Assembly: GCA_951406725.2 (NCBI GenBank)
Contig: OX597814.1
Coordinates: 25,110,001-25,174,000, forward strand
DNA: 64,000 nt
Direction of reading: 5' to 3'
Source: Octopus vulgaris
Taxonomy: Eukaryota
Numbering within the stretch: position 1 is the stretch's first letter; each line of letters starts with the position of its first letter. Positions 28,841-40,990 of this stretch are shown piece after piece. The notes beneath the pieces are model-generated. The model made no database searches, was not told the origin of the DNA, and saw only the letters and a program-made list of their open reading frames with translations. The position numbers and the translations under genes were made by a program.

Positions 28841-29165
28841 TGAGAGTTGGAGAGCCAGTCACTTGTTTTTCTAACCAGTAGAGTCGAAAAGGTCTGAATT
28901 TAGACTAGTTTTAGAGTACTAACACCACGTGTATGAAATATTTTGGTTGGACTTATATTTAGTTCTGATGGGATCTGAAATGCAGTTAATAGCACCTTCA
29001 AGAAGCTGTAATTAACACCAAAATGCACACCAAATTGTTAAATTTTGCATTGTATACTGAGTTGCAGCAGGAACATATACGTAGGTGCAGAAATGGAAAG
29101 ACATGATTGACTGCAGAATAAAACAGGATATATGAATCTCTGTTCTCCTTATTACTAATTTATTT

Positions 29166-29204
<39 letters not shown>

Positions 29205-29646
29205 GTGTGAGTGCATGTACGTATATATGCATGCATGTGCATGTTTGTTTGAATATAACTATTATGTATTTATGCATATATGTATATACCTTAAGCACTG
29301 CTGCACAATGACACTTCCATTCTAATAAACTTTTTCTATGCAGAAATAATGGTATCTTGCTTCAAAAAAATCAAACTGATTGCTAATTCATAATAAACAT
29401 TGAACAATAAAATGTTTAATTAGAATCAGTACTATCATAGATTCATGAAATAACTTAATAGCAACAACAGGGAGAGACATTAAGGAGAAATCTAAAACAT
29501 ATTTTACATTAGAAAGGAATCATTAGCAGCCAGTCAGATATCCTCATGATTTAGATAATGTGTGGTAGGACCATTACTTCTGAAGATATCAACTACATTA
29601 AAAAGTATAGCTTAAGCTTTACTTGAGATTATGTAAACATGTTTGT

Positions 29647-30040
29647 TGTGGAGGCGCAATGGCCCAGTGGTTAGGGCAGCGGACTCGCGGTCATAGGATC
29701 GCGGTTTCGATTCCCAGACCGGGTGTTGTGAGTGTTCATTGAGCGAAAACACCTAAAGCTCCACGCAGCTCCGGCAAAGGATGGTGGTGATCCCTGCAGT
29801 TCTCTTTCACCACAACTTTCTCTCACTCTTACTTCCTGTTTCTGTTGTACCTGTATTTCAAAGGGCCGGCCTTGTCACTCTCTGTGTCACGCTGAATATC
29901 CCCGAGAACTACATTAAGGGTACACGTGTCTGTGGAGTGCTCAGCCACTTACATGTTAATTTCACGAGCAGGCTGTTCCGTTGATTCGGATCAACCGGAA
30001 CCCTCGTCGTCGTAACCGACGGAGTGCTTCCAAAAAGATA
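29647..30040 (+). mobile_element. Full-length tRNA-derived SINE with 13-bp TSD
   Basis: GGAGGCGCAATGGCCCAGTGG...GGTTTCGATTCCC head with CpGs retained. TAAACATGTTTGT at 29634-29646 and 30041-30053. Confidence 0.93.
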
Positions 30041-30222
30041 TAAACATGTTTGTAACTGGGATACAAGTCACAAAATTATGCTTTCACATGAATCAAGACC
30101 ATTGGCATCTACAGTAAAAACTAAAGTATATAAATTAATGCAGTTGTATATAAAATGTAAGAAACATAGCTTGATTAAAAATGTGAAACACTAATGAAGC
30201 AAAAGAAAAAGGGCAAATAATA

Positions 30223-30553
30223 ATTCTTTTATTCTTTTACTTGTTTCAGTCATTTGACTGTGGCCATGCTGGAGCACCGCCTTTAGTCAAGCAAATCGAC
30301 CCCAGGACTTATTCGTTGTAAGCCTAGTACTTATTCTATCGAGCTCTTTTGCCGAAACACTAAGTTACAGGGACATAAACACACCAGCATCAGTTGTCAA
30401 GCGATGTTGGGGGCACAAACACAGACACACAAACATATACATACACACATATATATACGATGGGCTTCTTTCAGTTTCCTTCTACCAAATCTAACTACAA
30501 GGCTTTGGTCGACCCGAGGCTATAGTAGAAGACACTTGCTCAAGGTGCCATGC
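30223..30553 (-). mobile_element. SINE (31786 family), 5'-truncated
   Basis: Reverse complement of the body and tail of 31786-32190; tRNA head missing. Confidence 0.9.
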
Positions 30554-31095
30554 TGTTATGAGAAAGCCAAATTTTATTTGTTCAGTTTCCTCAACCAGTC
30601 CTTCAAAACAGACACTGGCCACTGCCACGCACACAATTTTGAAGAGGGGTAAGTGATTAAACCATGTATTGGAAAAGGCAGTTATCCAGGCTGCAATATC
30701 TCTTGAGAGTAGTGTATACAATTATTGCCATTACCAGCCAGTATTAGATGATGGGGATGCTGTGAAACTGCAGATTGTCACCAGCACAAATGCTATACAT
30801 CATCAGAGTATGTTCTAGAAGCATTCAAACCAACCCATGAAGAGCATGTTTTGCAGGATATTAAAGTGCTGAGAATTTACTGCTGCACTAAAAGAACACT
30901 GATGCAAAATTACTGCAATAGGAATCAACACCAAGATGCACCTTTTTGTTTTCCACAAGATGAGTGAGAAAGGCCAAAAGAATAGAGTAAATGAAGGAAA
31001 GTCAATATACAAGTTTTTACATGTTGGAAGCTGGTGGTGGAGTTGAAGGGAGCACTTATGTTCCCGAAACAGATTGCAATATCAAAGCAACACTG

Positions 31096-31305
31096 AGAGA
31101 AAAAAATGTGTGTAGTGGCTAGCAATCTATCATTACCCACTACACACATTTTTTCTCTCCTTGTTTCTTTCTGTGTTGCTTTCTGTGGAAGAGCATAGGC
31201 TCGAAATGTTAAAGACTTTTCAATTCCTGAACGTTATACTAATACATTTGTTTGTTTTCTACACCACCTGTCATCGTCTTTTGTTGTTTTGTGAATTCTC
31301 CCTAT
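31096..31305 (+). mobile_element. PLE pseudo-LTR-like module with 5' fold-back and hammerhead-like motif
   Basis: Inverted repeat GAGAGAAAAAAATGTGTGTAGTGG / CCACTACACACATTTTTTCTCTC, then CTTT-CTGTGGAAGAGC-atag-GCTCGAAAT-GTTAAAG at 31179-31214. Confidence 0.7.
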
Positions 31306-31342
31306 ATATGGTATACATATATATAGAGAGAGATAGATAGAC

Positions 31343-31411
<69 letters not shown>

Positions 31412-31785
31412 TGTATATACCTGTGTGTGTTTGTGTGTGTATGTGTGTGTTTGTGTGTGCATGTGTGTTTGTTAATAGTAACCATAGCGATATGTTATTC
31501 CTTGTAAAATATAGCACCCAGTATATGTTTAATTTTTATCTAAAGTGTCATTGTCTTTATTGATACAAGCTCTTAAAATCCTAATGAAATGGTGTAATGT
31601 GAGACAATTTTTGTTTTTCTTTTTAATGATGTCACTGAATGTTAGATGATTGCTTGGATTGGCAAATATAGAAATAATTTGAAATGATGGATTGGTATGA
31701 TTAAGAGTAGCCATACTTCAATTCTATGATTACATCTAATGCAAATATTGATATATAGGTCCTTACTACAAAGATAGGTAATCAT

Positions 31786-32190
31786 AGGCGCAGGAGTGGC
31801 TGTGTGGTAAGTAGCTTGCTAACCAACCACATGGCTCCGGGTTCAGTCCCACTGCGTGGCATCTTGGGCAAGTGTCTTCTGCTATAGCCCCGGGCTGACC
31901 AATGCCTTGTGAGTGGATTTGGTAGACGGAAACTGAAAGAAGCCTGTCGTATATATGTATATATATATATGTGTGTGTGTGTATGTGTGTGTGTTTGTCC
32001 CCCTAGCATTGCTTGACAACCGATGCTGGTGTGTTTACGTCCCCGTCACCTAGCGGTTCGGCAAAAGAGACCGATAGAATAAGTACTGAGCTTACAAAGA
32101 ATAAGTCCCGGGGTCGATTTGCTCGACTAAAGGCGGTGCTCCAGCATGGCCGCAGTCAAATGACTGAAACAAGTAAAAGATAAAAAGATA
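31786..32190 (+). mobile_element. Full-length tRNA-derived SINE
   Basis: AGGCGCAGGAGTGGCTGTGTGGT (A box)...GGTTCAGTCCC (B box), internal (TA)/(TG) tract, and tail gactgaaacaagtaaaaga. Confidence 0.93.
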
Positions 32191-32527
32191 AAACAAAAGA
32201 TATTTTTAATGTAGACAGTAGAATTAATATTGAGAATGATGATGTTATTGTTTAGCTTAGCTTAAGGTTAACCCTGATCAAACAGAACTATGATCAAAGA
32301 CAGTAAATTCATGTCCATCCCATATTTTTCAATGACTCAACAGCAACAGAAATGTTTGTTTTATTATGTGGGTATGTGTTGGACGGTTTTTCTGAGATAA
32401 TGTTTTATGGCCAGATGCCCTTTCTGTTCTTAATTGTATTACCTCTTACAAAATGCAAGGAAAACGTGTGCCTATTCCAAATTCAGGATAAACTCCTTAC
32501 ACACAATGCATCTAAAATCATATCACT

Positions 32528-32749
32528 TTCTCTTTTTCTTTTATCTTTTACTTGTCTCAATCATTAGACTATGGCCATACTGGGACACCAACTTCACGAA
32601 CTTTGATCAAATAGAATTACTCCTGTATTTATAATTTTTGAAGTCTGGTAATTATTCTTTTCACTGAACCACTACATTCCGAGGACATAAACAAACTATC
32701 ACCTACTGTAAACTGGTGGTGGGAACTACCACAAACACAAAGACATACA

Positions 32750-32803
<54 letters not shown>

Positions 32804-32970
32804 CACACACATACACATGATGGATTCTTTCAGTTTCCATCTCTCAAATCCACTCACAAGGCTTTAGATAGCCTAAGTCTATAGTCAAAGACATTTGCCC
32901 AAGGTGCTATGGAGAGGGACTGAACTCACAACCATGGGGTTGAGAAGCAAACGTTCAACAACACCGCTTC
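32528..32970 (-). mobile_element. Older copy of the same SINE family
   Basis: Decayed homology: aaatccactcacaaggcttt...ttgcccaaggtg...gggactgaac. Confidence 0.75.
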
Positions 32971-34383
32971 ATTCATGCCAATATTCACCTTATCTTTTTT
33001 TTTTTAAAAAAGATTCTTAATTTTCTCATATAAATTATGAAAGTATCTGATGCACATATAAATTGATTTTTAAATCATGAATATTAAATGTATACCTACA
33101 CTCACATACGTACACATATATGAATCTAAACACAAAATCACTCATGCATTGACATACAAACATATAAGCATATATGCACATACACACACACACACACACA
33201 CACATGTATATGTATATGTATAAATGTGTGTGTGTATTTGTATATATATATATATATCTGTGTGTGTAGGTTTGTATTTGAGTATATATATAATTAAATA
33301 CCTACCAATATTCATATACATGACTACTTAGTTAATGTCTAAATTCCATTGAAAGGGAATTGTTTAGAGAAAATTTGAGAACTAAAATCAAAAGTACATA
33401 CCTACCTACATACACAGCCCACATATATATATATATAAGCAATTCAATAAAATTATCAATATTAAGTGAAGTCACTAAGATTTGCCAATATTCTTGCTTC
33501 ACTGAAGAAGTGAAAGAAATTCTACAATGCAATATGCTGCAATTCAAGAGAAGAAGACCCTTGAATCTATATTTGGCTTGATCTGTCAGAAAGGATGTCA
33601 AATGGCATTTTAATACTTCTTCCTTGTCGGATTTTGGCAGAGAGATATAAATCCTAACTTGCCATTTGTCACTTGCATATAACAGACTTGCCTCAGCTGA
33701 CACCAGAAATGAAATACTGACAGAAAACAGATTCACTCTATTCTATAAATGTCTCCCACATGTGCCAAATGAAGAAATTGCTTAGGAGTAATTCAGATAT
33801 AAGTGGGAAAACTCTTAAAAGTTCTAACGATCAAACTATGAAAGATTATAGCTTTACGGTGCTGGGAAGTCATATTTGTTTGTTGTTGTTGTTGTGTTTC
33901 TGTAGGTTTTTATCAGCACTATCTGTTGACCTATTTCTTTTATTGAAATGAAATCATTAATCCAAACTAGATGTACAAACATACATATACATTATATACA
34001 TATATGTAAATGCATACACATACACATACACACGCGCACGCACACACGTGCACACATACATATATTCATTCGTATGTTTCAGGGCTGTTCTTCTATGCTG
34101 GCATAGGTTGCATGGATGCACATTTAAGGCAGTATTTTATGACCAAACGCTCTTTCTGTCACCAACAATTATCTTTCTTTTTCTGAAAGGAATTTTTTTT
34201 ATTTCACTGAACTTCGAAAATGCAGAGCTACAGGACAAGTTGTTCACCGGGATTGTAAACACAACATCACCGTTTTGGGGCTTAGGGGATTTCACATGAA
34301 GAAGCAGAAATGAAAACTGCATTCTCACTCACACATATGTGATACACACACATACATAGATACACATACACACAAAAACACAC

Positions 34384-34415
<32 letters not shown>

Positions 34416-34426
<11 letters not shown>

Positions 34427-34592
34427 TATAGAAGGAGTTCTACAGACTAGAACTGTTTCATTCAAGAGAAATCTTCAGGAAGATTTCTCTTATGAAACAT
34501 ATGAACTCCTTCTATATAATAAATTAATTTTACTCTGCTATGTATTGAGTACCTTATTTACTGTGGTTAACCCCGAATCAACCCGGGACCTA
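34416..34592. mobile_element. Fold-back insert in (TA)n with hammerhead-like core
   Basis: TTATTATATAGAAGGAGTTC...TGTTTCAT..AAGAGAAATCTTC-ag-GAAGATTTCTCTT-ATGAAACA...GAACTCCTTCTATATAATAA. Minus strand reads CTGAAGA-tttctcttgaat-GAAAC-aGTTC. Confidence 0.7.
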
Positions 34593-34593
34593 C

Positions 34594-34671
<78 letters not shown>

Positions 34672-34988
34672 CAGGCTCACATACAATCCATTCGCAAGGC
34701 ATTGGTTGGCTTAAGGCTTTAGTAAAATACACTTGCTCAATATGTCAAACAGTCAGACTGAACCTGAAACCATGTGGTTTCAAGTTCAGTCATATATATA
34801 TATATATAATAAGTTAATATTCCTATTTCGTTTTCTTATTTTTCTAATTTTTAATATTATTATTTTTTATTCCTCATTTTTGTTCTTTTTTTAGTAATAA
34901 AAAATTATTTTAACGATTTCTAGTTGTATAATTTTGATTGTCATGTCTTTATATACAATATAAATAGCAAAATAGTTTTATATAATCC

Positions 34989-35094
34989 AGACCTGAAGAT
35001 TGGCAGTATAGTTGGATTGATATGGTATTGAATTTCGAGAACCTTCTATTTCAGAAATATCGATAGATATATTATAATGAAACACGCGTTGTCT
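34989..35094 (+). ncRNA. Hammerhead ribozyme-like motif with long stem II insertion
   Basis: AGAC-CTGAAGA-TTG...(~75 nt)...TAAT-GAAAC-acgc-GTT-GTCT. Stem I AGAC/GTCT closes the motif. Confidence 0.55.
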
Positions 35095-35229
35095 AAATAA
35101 TTTTATTCAATGATTCAGAATAGTAGTTGTAGATATTAATTTTGATAAAAGTTAATCGGATATATTTCTTTCATAGATAATGTTGTTCAGTGTTGTTTGA
35201 GTTGCTTGAAGGTAGTTCTGTCTCTTAAA

Positions 35230-35297
<68 letters not shown>

Positions 35298-35427
35298 GAT
35301 AGATATAGATATATAGATATATATATATAAAATAAAGGTATTTTATTCTACACAGGTAGGAATATAGGAAAAAGAGAAGTTGAAAATGTACAGAGAATAG
35401 TAACAATATTTTTAGAAATATATTTGG

Positions 35428-35468
35428 AGCTTTAACCAGTTTCACAGTTTACACTGATTTTCAAAAGG
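35428..35468 (-). ncRNA. Degenerate minimal hammerhead-like motif
   Basis: Minus strand CTTT-TGAAAA-tCAG-tgtaaa-CTGt-GAAAC-tg-GTTA-AAG. Confidence 0.4.
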
Positions 35469-35509
35469 TTCAAATAGAAAGACGTGGCTTATGTCACAGC
35501 TGCCTTATT

Positions 35510-36590
35510 TCCTATAATGTTATTCAATAAAGCCACCTTCAGATTGAACAACTGCTTCTATATGAGATCTAAATCATTTACATGCTCGAATCAAGTGGTC
35601 CTGGTTCATTTTGGACATTACTCTGACTATGGCAGCTTTCAAAGAATCTTTGGTATTATGGGTGTGTTTGTTCATTGACCTGTCTCTCAACAATGCTCCA
35701 AATGTAATAGCCCACTGGATTGAGATCTGTGAAATTAGAAGGCCAAATGTTAGGGCTTATGTGATCATGAACATTTTTAGCCATCCATTCCTGTGTTACT
35801 ATAGCCATGTATGATAGTGCAGAGTCTTACTGAAACACATATGGCTTTCTATTGCATACACTGTATATCCAGGGATTGTCAATTATTTCCAGGACCTTAA
35901 TATAGGCAGCAGAGTTAATTCTATGGCTTTGTGGAAAGAAGTAAGGAGGCATCACATGTCCATCATTGCTGACAAGCCCTAAATCCATGACAGTTGTAGG
36001 AAATTTTATATGCATAACACTTGAAACTTCAGAAGGGTCTGCACATATCCATCTGTCATTTCTTCTGTTAGCTTTTTGGTCGTGGTCAAAATTTTTCTTG
36101 TTTGAGAAAAACCAAATCAAATCTTTTTCTGCTGGATATTTCTGTTTGTTTAAGAGCCTTTTAGATCTGATGTAGCGATTTCCTTTTGCTTTTTCGGATA
36201 AACTGACCTTTCCTCATCATATAAGACATATATCTGATGTCTTCGTGGACAGCATTTCTGACTGTTCCTTCTGACACATGGAGATCTTTTGCAATTGACC
36301 TCATGGACTTTCTGAGATTGTAATCAATGGTTTGTTGAACTTGCTGGATAAATTCAGGTGTTCTTGTGATCTCAGAGTATTTAGAATGCTTTTTATGCTT
36401 TGATACTCATGAAACATTTCTATCTTCAGTAGCTAGCTCCTTACAAACTTTGTAGGTGAAAGATCTAGCAACTTCTAAAAATTGAGATATTTCTAAATCG
36501 CTATATTCAGCCTTTATAACCACAACAACAGCATGCTTCTTCATTTGTTGAGTAAGCTGAGGGTTGGGGATGTTATCAGCGAAGAGAGAA
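35510..36590 (-). mobile_element. Tc1/mariner (maT/DD37D-like) transposase pseudogene, near full length
   Basis: N-terminal HTH-like region MKKHAVVVVIKAEYSDLEISQFL..., WFFSNKKNFDHDQKANRRNDRW, KPYVFQ*DSA, and C-terminal EGGFIE*. Same family as 24267-24928. Confidence 0.88.
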
Positions 36591-37535
36591 AGTAGGTAGG
36601 AGTGAAAAGTGGAAGCATGTGCCAAATGAAGAGAGGAAAGGAGTTGAGCCCATGTGGTGCAAAGGAGCAAAAAGAGAAGATTAATTCCAGTTCATTGGGT
36701 AGGCAGGAGTCCGGTTGGCCTCTGTGCAAAGACAGTCTGAACACTGACAGATGTTGTAGTGAATGACCAGTAGAGCAGAAGTGGCACGAGACCAGGGTGT
36801 CATTGCTGAGTCTGATGTCTCAGAGGTGTTCCACAAACAGGTCAGCCAAGCAGCATACCTTTCGACTGATGTACAGGGAAGAGCAGAAAGAGCAGGAGAT
36901 GCTGTAAATGACATTACTAGAAGTGAAGGTAAAGGAGTTGGTGATGTGATAGGGACGATGATGGATGCCTATGAGGATGGTGGTGTTGGAGTGGTAGGGG
37001 CAAGTACATCAACGTGGGTGATGCACAGACCATGGAAAATGCCCTGGCAAGGGCAGTGTGGATAGTGGTGGGGGGATATCCATGAAGGATGAAGTGGTGA
37101 AACATGAGTCTAGTAATGTCTCAAAGTCATGGTTGTCAATGCAGAGCCTGTGCAGATGGAGGTATTGGGAGTAGGGGATGGAGAGCTTCGTGTGGGTAGG
37201 GTGGGAAGACGAGAAGTTAAGGTAGGAGTGTGAATCGGTGTGTTTATAGTGGATGGAGGGAGTGAGAGTGGAGTGGTGTATACTGACAGAAATGTCAAGA
37301 AATTTGATGGAAGAGTTAGAAATAGTGCAGTGGAATTTGAGGGCAGGATGTAAGGCCTGGTCAAAAGAGAGGAAGGAGTCTAGTTGTTCATGGGAGAGTG
37401 AGATCACACCAATACAGTCATCAATATAATGACTGTATAGTTCAGGAGTGGGACCAGTGAATTGTGAGAATATTTGTGCCTCAACATAGCCAACGAACAG
37501 GTTTGCATAGTTGGGGGAGGGGCATTCTCATTCCC
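36591..37535 (-). mobile_element. Penelope-like element (Neptune-like): RT C-half plus GIY-YIG endonuclease remnant
   Basis: PNYANLFVGYVE, YIDDC, LKF, FLDI, YKHTDSHSYLNFSSSHP..TKLSIPYSQ, then TSSNVIYSISCSFCSSLYI...EHLRDI...HF...H...GLN. Confidence 0.9.
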
Positions 37536-37839
37536 ATATACATACACACATTATATAGTTATGGGTTACTAATAGTTTCATACAGGTTTTAAAATGCACC
37601 TAGTGTCTCCAAGTAATCTTCAGGCTCTAGGCACATGACGTATACAAGTTACAAATCAATACAATACAAAATGAAAAATCACAAGAAAAAATGGAACGAA
37701 GGTGGGTTCAAAGAATGGAGTGGTGAAAAAAAAAGACTAAGGGATATGGTTCCAAGTAGTGAAAATGATTAGAAGTATCAGAAAAGCTGAAGTTAGAGAG
37801 AAGATAGATAATGGAGCATCTTCAGGAGGAAATTAGGCA

Positions 37840-38490
37840 ATAGGCCCAGTTGGAGATATATATGTGTATACATGCACAGCACTTGCCAAATTCAGTTTCA
37901 TGAGTTGGCTTATCATCTCTTCTGTGAGGTTCAAAGTCCTGAGAGTAGTATTCACCCCTTTCTTCAATGCCTCCTTAAGTTTCCTTTTTCTGGAAACTTT
38001 ATCCACATTAAGTGAGTGGCGATGCTTTATACAGATGTTCTCATCCATATGCATTACATGACCTTATCAGTACAGTCTGCTTTCTTGCACACCACATCCA
38101 ATTACTTTTATGCCTAGTTTTTTTTGTCAGCACATTTGTATCATGTTGTTTGTGTGCATTTACATTGCACAACCAATGAAGCATGCTTGCTTCATTTCTT
38201 CCTTTTCTTCTCAGGTCCTCTGCATTCAAGGCCAATATCCCATTTCTATGCAGTATCTCTTTTCTAACACAAGTGTATTACAATCTGCCTTTTATTCTAA
38301 GGGAATAGACCTTTGTACCCAACAGCAGTTGCAGCTCCATGAACTTCCTCAAACCTATAGTTACTCTGGATGCTGCACTTTCAGAGTAACCATCTTGCTT
38401 CTGAACTACATCCCATAGGTAACAAAAGCAATTGACTACTTCTAGAGAGCCAGCCAGGCTCTATTTCTGGAGTGCTCTAAGAACATACTG
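37840..38490 (-). mobile_element. Degraded RTE LINE fragment
   Basis: ALNAEDLRR..RNEASMLHWLCNV and MHMDE..C are homologous to 16100-16680. Confidence 0.75.
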
Positions 38491-38567
38491 CACCAGTATA
38501 TCTATCACATACGAAGCTTATGTTCTTTCTCCCTCTTTCATTCTCTCTCTTTCTCTTTCTTTCACTC

Positions 38568-38629
<62 letters not shown>

Positions 38630-38780
38630 TACACATACACACATATAGAGGCATATATATAGATATATAAATATTGATATAGATAAATAGATATACGTAA
38701 ATAAATAAATGTATGTATATGTATGTATAATGTATATGTGTATATATGTGTGTGTGCATGCGTCTGTATATATATGTATG

Positions 38781-38830
<50 letters not shown>

Positions 38831-39984
38831 TGTGTGTATGTATGTGTGCATTTATATATATATATAACATATGAGAGCGTATTCATTACTTAGTCTATGG
38901 TCTTCTGTGGGTTATTTTGCTACTGACATAAATGGTAAATCTCATTATATCCTTGTATTCTATCAATAACTTACTAACTTCTTCTATAACTGTTATACGC
39001 TACAGGTAATATACTTTTACACCAGACAAATATAGACTTATTGAATGTCGAGGTATTGAGTCTCTAAAGGAATAATTCTTAACTCAGGTAAACAAACTAA
39101 TTGGAAATAAATGAATGTTATGAAAGTCATATTATTTATGGTTATATGAAGCTGATGTATAGCTTCCGCATGGAATATATTCCTGTTATATTAACACTTT
39201 AGATTCTTTTCTCTTTAGACAAAATAAATAATATAGTTTACTATAGTAACTGAAGCATGAAATCTGCTCTTTGACTTATTGATGTCATGGAGAAAAAAAT
39301 GTGTCTAAAAATTGGGGATGTAATTTTAGTATTCCCTTATACTTGAGTTTCTCTTTTCTGCTTATCTTTGTGAGATAGGGGGCATAGTCAACAGTTTCCT
39401 GTTTGCTATTTATTCATTTTGTGAACTGCTCAATACTGTATGATGTGGTTAACTAGATTATGTTGAGAGGTTAAATGTTCATATTGAAGTGCTGATGGTA
39501 AACAATTAGGAGGAAAATATGTGGATAGAAGAGGTGTTCCAAAGGATTGCCATCATAAAATAGAAAATTGGGGAAAAGATGTTTTCTTCTATAAAGTCAG
39601 ATATATAAACAAAAAGATGCTATTTTCTCCCAGCCATGTTAATTTCTACATCAGTATGCTTAAGAATATCTAACTCTCTTTTATATCATAACAGGCCAAT
39701 ATATGTTATAATACGTTTATTTGTATTTTACAATCGAATTCACATTCATGTAGATCACCATTTAAGGAGAGAGGTTTATAAGTGCAAACTAGATTTGCAA
39801 GAATAGTTGCTAAATTTCCCTCATATGACATGTTACCACCTTAAACAAGGCAGGCCATACTAGATAATATAGTCCTTGTGTAATTCATAAAAAACTGTTG
39901 GCATGGTCATGACTGGATCATGGCAGATCCAGATTAAACATCAACAACCCTATTAATTCTATTACTATTTAACTGTTATGTTGC

Positions 39985-40195
39985 TAGTACCACCTGACTG
40001 ACCCACATGCCGGTGGCACTTTAAAGCACCCACTACACTCTCGGAGTGGTTGGCGTTAGGAAGGGCATCCAGCAGTAGAAACTCTGCCAAATCAAGATTG
40101 AAGCCTGGTGCAGCCATCTGGTTTGCTAGTCCTCAGTCAAATCGTCCAACCCATGCTAGCATGGAAAGCAGATGTTAAACGATGATGATGATGAT
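39985..40195 (+). mobile_element. RTE 3' end with (GAT)n tail
   Basis: aagcacccactacactctcggagtggttggcgttaggaagggcatccag...gttaaacgatgatg. Confidence 0.9.
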
Positions 40196-40760
40196 AATTG
40201 CTGTCATTATTAATCCCCAGGTCAGCCATAATAAAGAAGAGATAGGATCAAAATCCATGATCATCACATCATTCTTTGCTAGGTAGACAGTGTATCTAGA
40301 ATCTTTTTATCCAGTGTGTCTTTCTCTTAAAATGGCAGAATGTCTTGCAGTGATCCTATGCCACCACAAAGATCCACATAATCCAATTAAACCAGTACAA
40401 AGAGTTAATGTTTCAAAAATGCAGTTATATTTGGCAAATTTCCCTTAACTATATTTACACAATCAACAGTAGCAGACTGTACAGCTTGGAGATCTACTGT
40501 AAATGCTGCACGTGGACTGATTTGAAAGCTGTGGATCAACATGGATCCAAATTTTCCAGGGTTGCAGATAATGCATCAGATGTATATTCACACTGCTTTA
40601 TGATTTGAGAGACATTTGACTGCTATTTTTAGTAGGTCAAACTCTTGCATAGAGGCTCCTTCGTCAGTTCAGTTTTAACAATGAGCACTCAGATGTTTGA
40701 TCAACTGAACCACCTACTTGTTAAATGATTATGTAAGTGGCAGTGTATCACATGTACCTA

Positions 40761-40990
40761 TTTCTTTACTACCCGCAAGGGGCTAAGCACAGCAAGGACA
40801 AACAAGGACAGACAAATGGATTAAGTCGATTATATCGACCCCAGTGCGTAACTGGTACTTAAGTTATCGACCCCAAAAGGATGAAAGGTAAAGTCGACCT
40901 CGATGGAATTTGAACTCACAACGTAGCGGCAGACAAAATACCGCTAAGCATTTCGCCCGGCATGCTAACGTGTCTGCCAGCTTGCCGCCC
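40761..40990 (-). mobile_element. tRNA-derived SINE with a Meta-like central domain
   Basis: Minus strand GGCGGCAAGCTGGCAGA...GAGTTCAAATTCC...GAGGTCGACTTTACCTTTCATCC...GGGGTCGAT...AGTACCAG. Decayed relatives at ~5090-5250, 6510-6655, 52060-52255 and 59295-59460. The domain name is from recall. Confidence 0.85.

Noticed and set aside
29647-29725. tRNA gene-like sequences (also at 6295-6368, 31786-31860 and 55275-55348)
   Set aside because: The A/B boxes continue into SINE bodies with tails and, in two cases, TSDs. No proper cloverleaf or terminator is present.
33332-33736. 134-aa minus-strand ORF
   Set aside because: No recognisable domain, non-ATG start, and it runs into low-complexity sequence.
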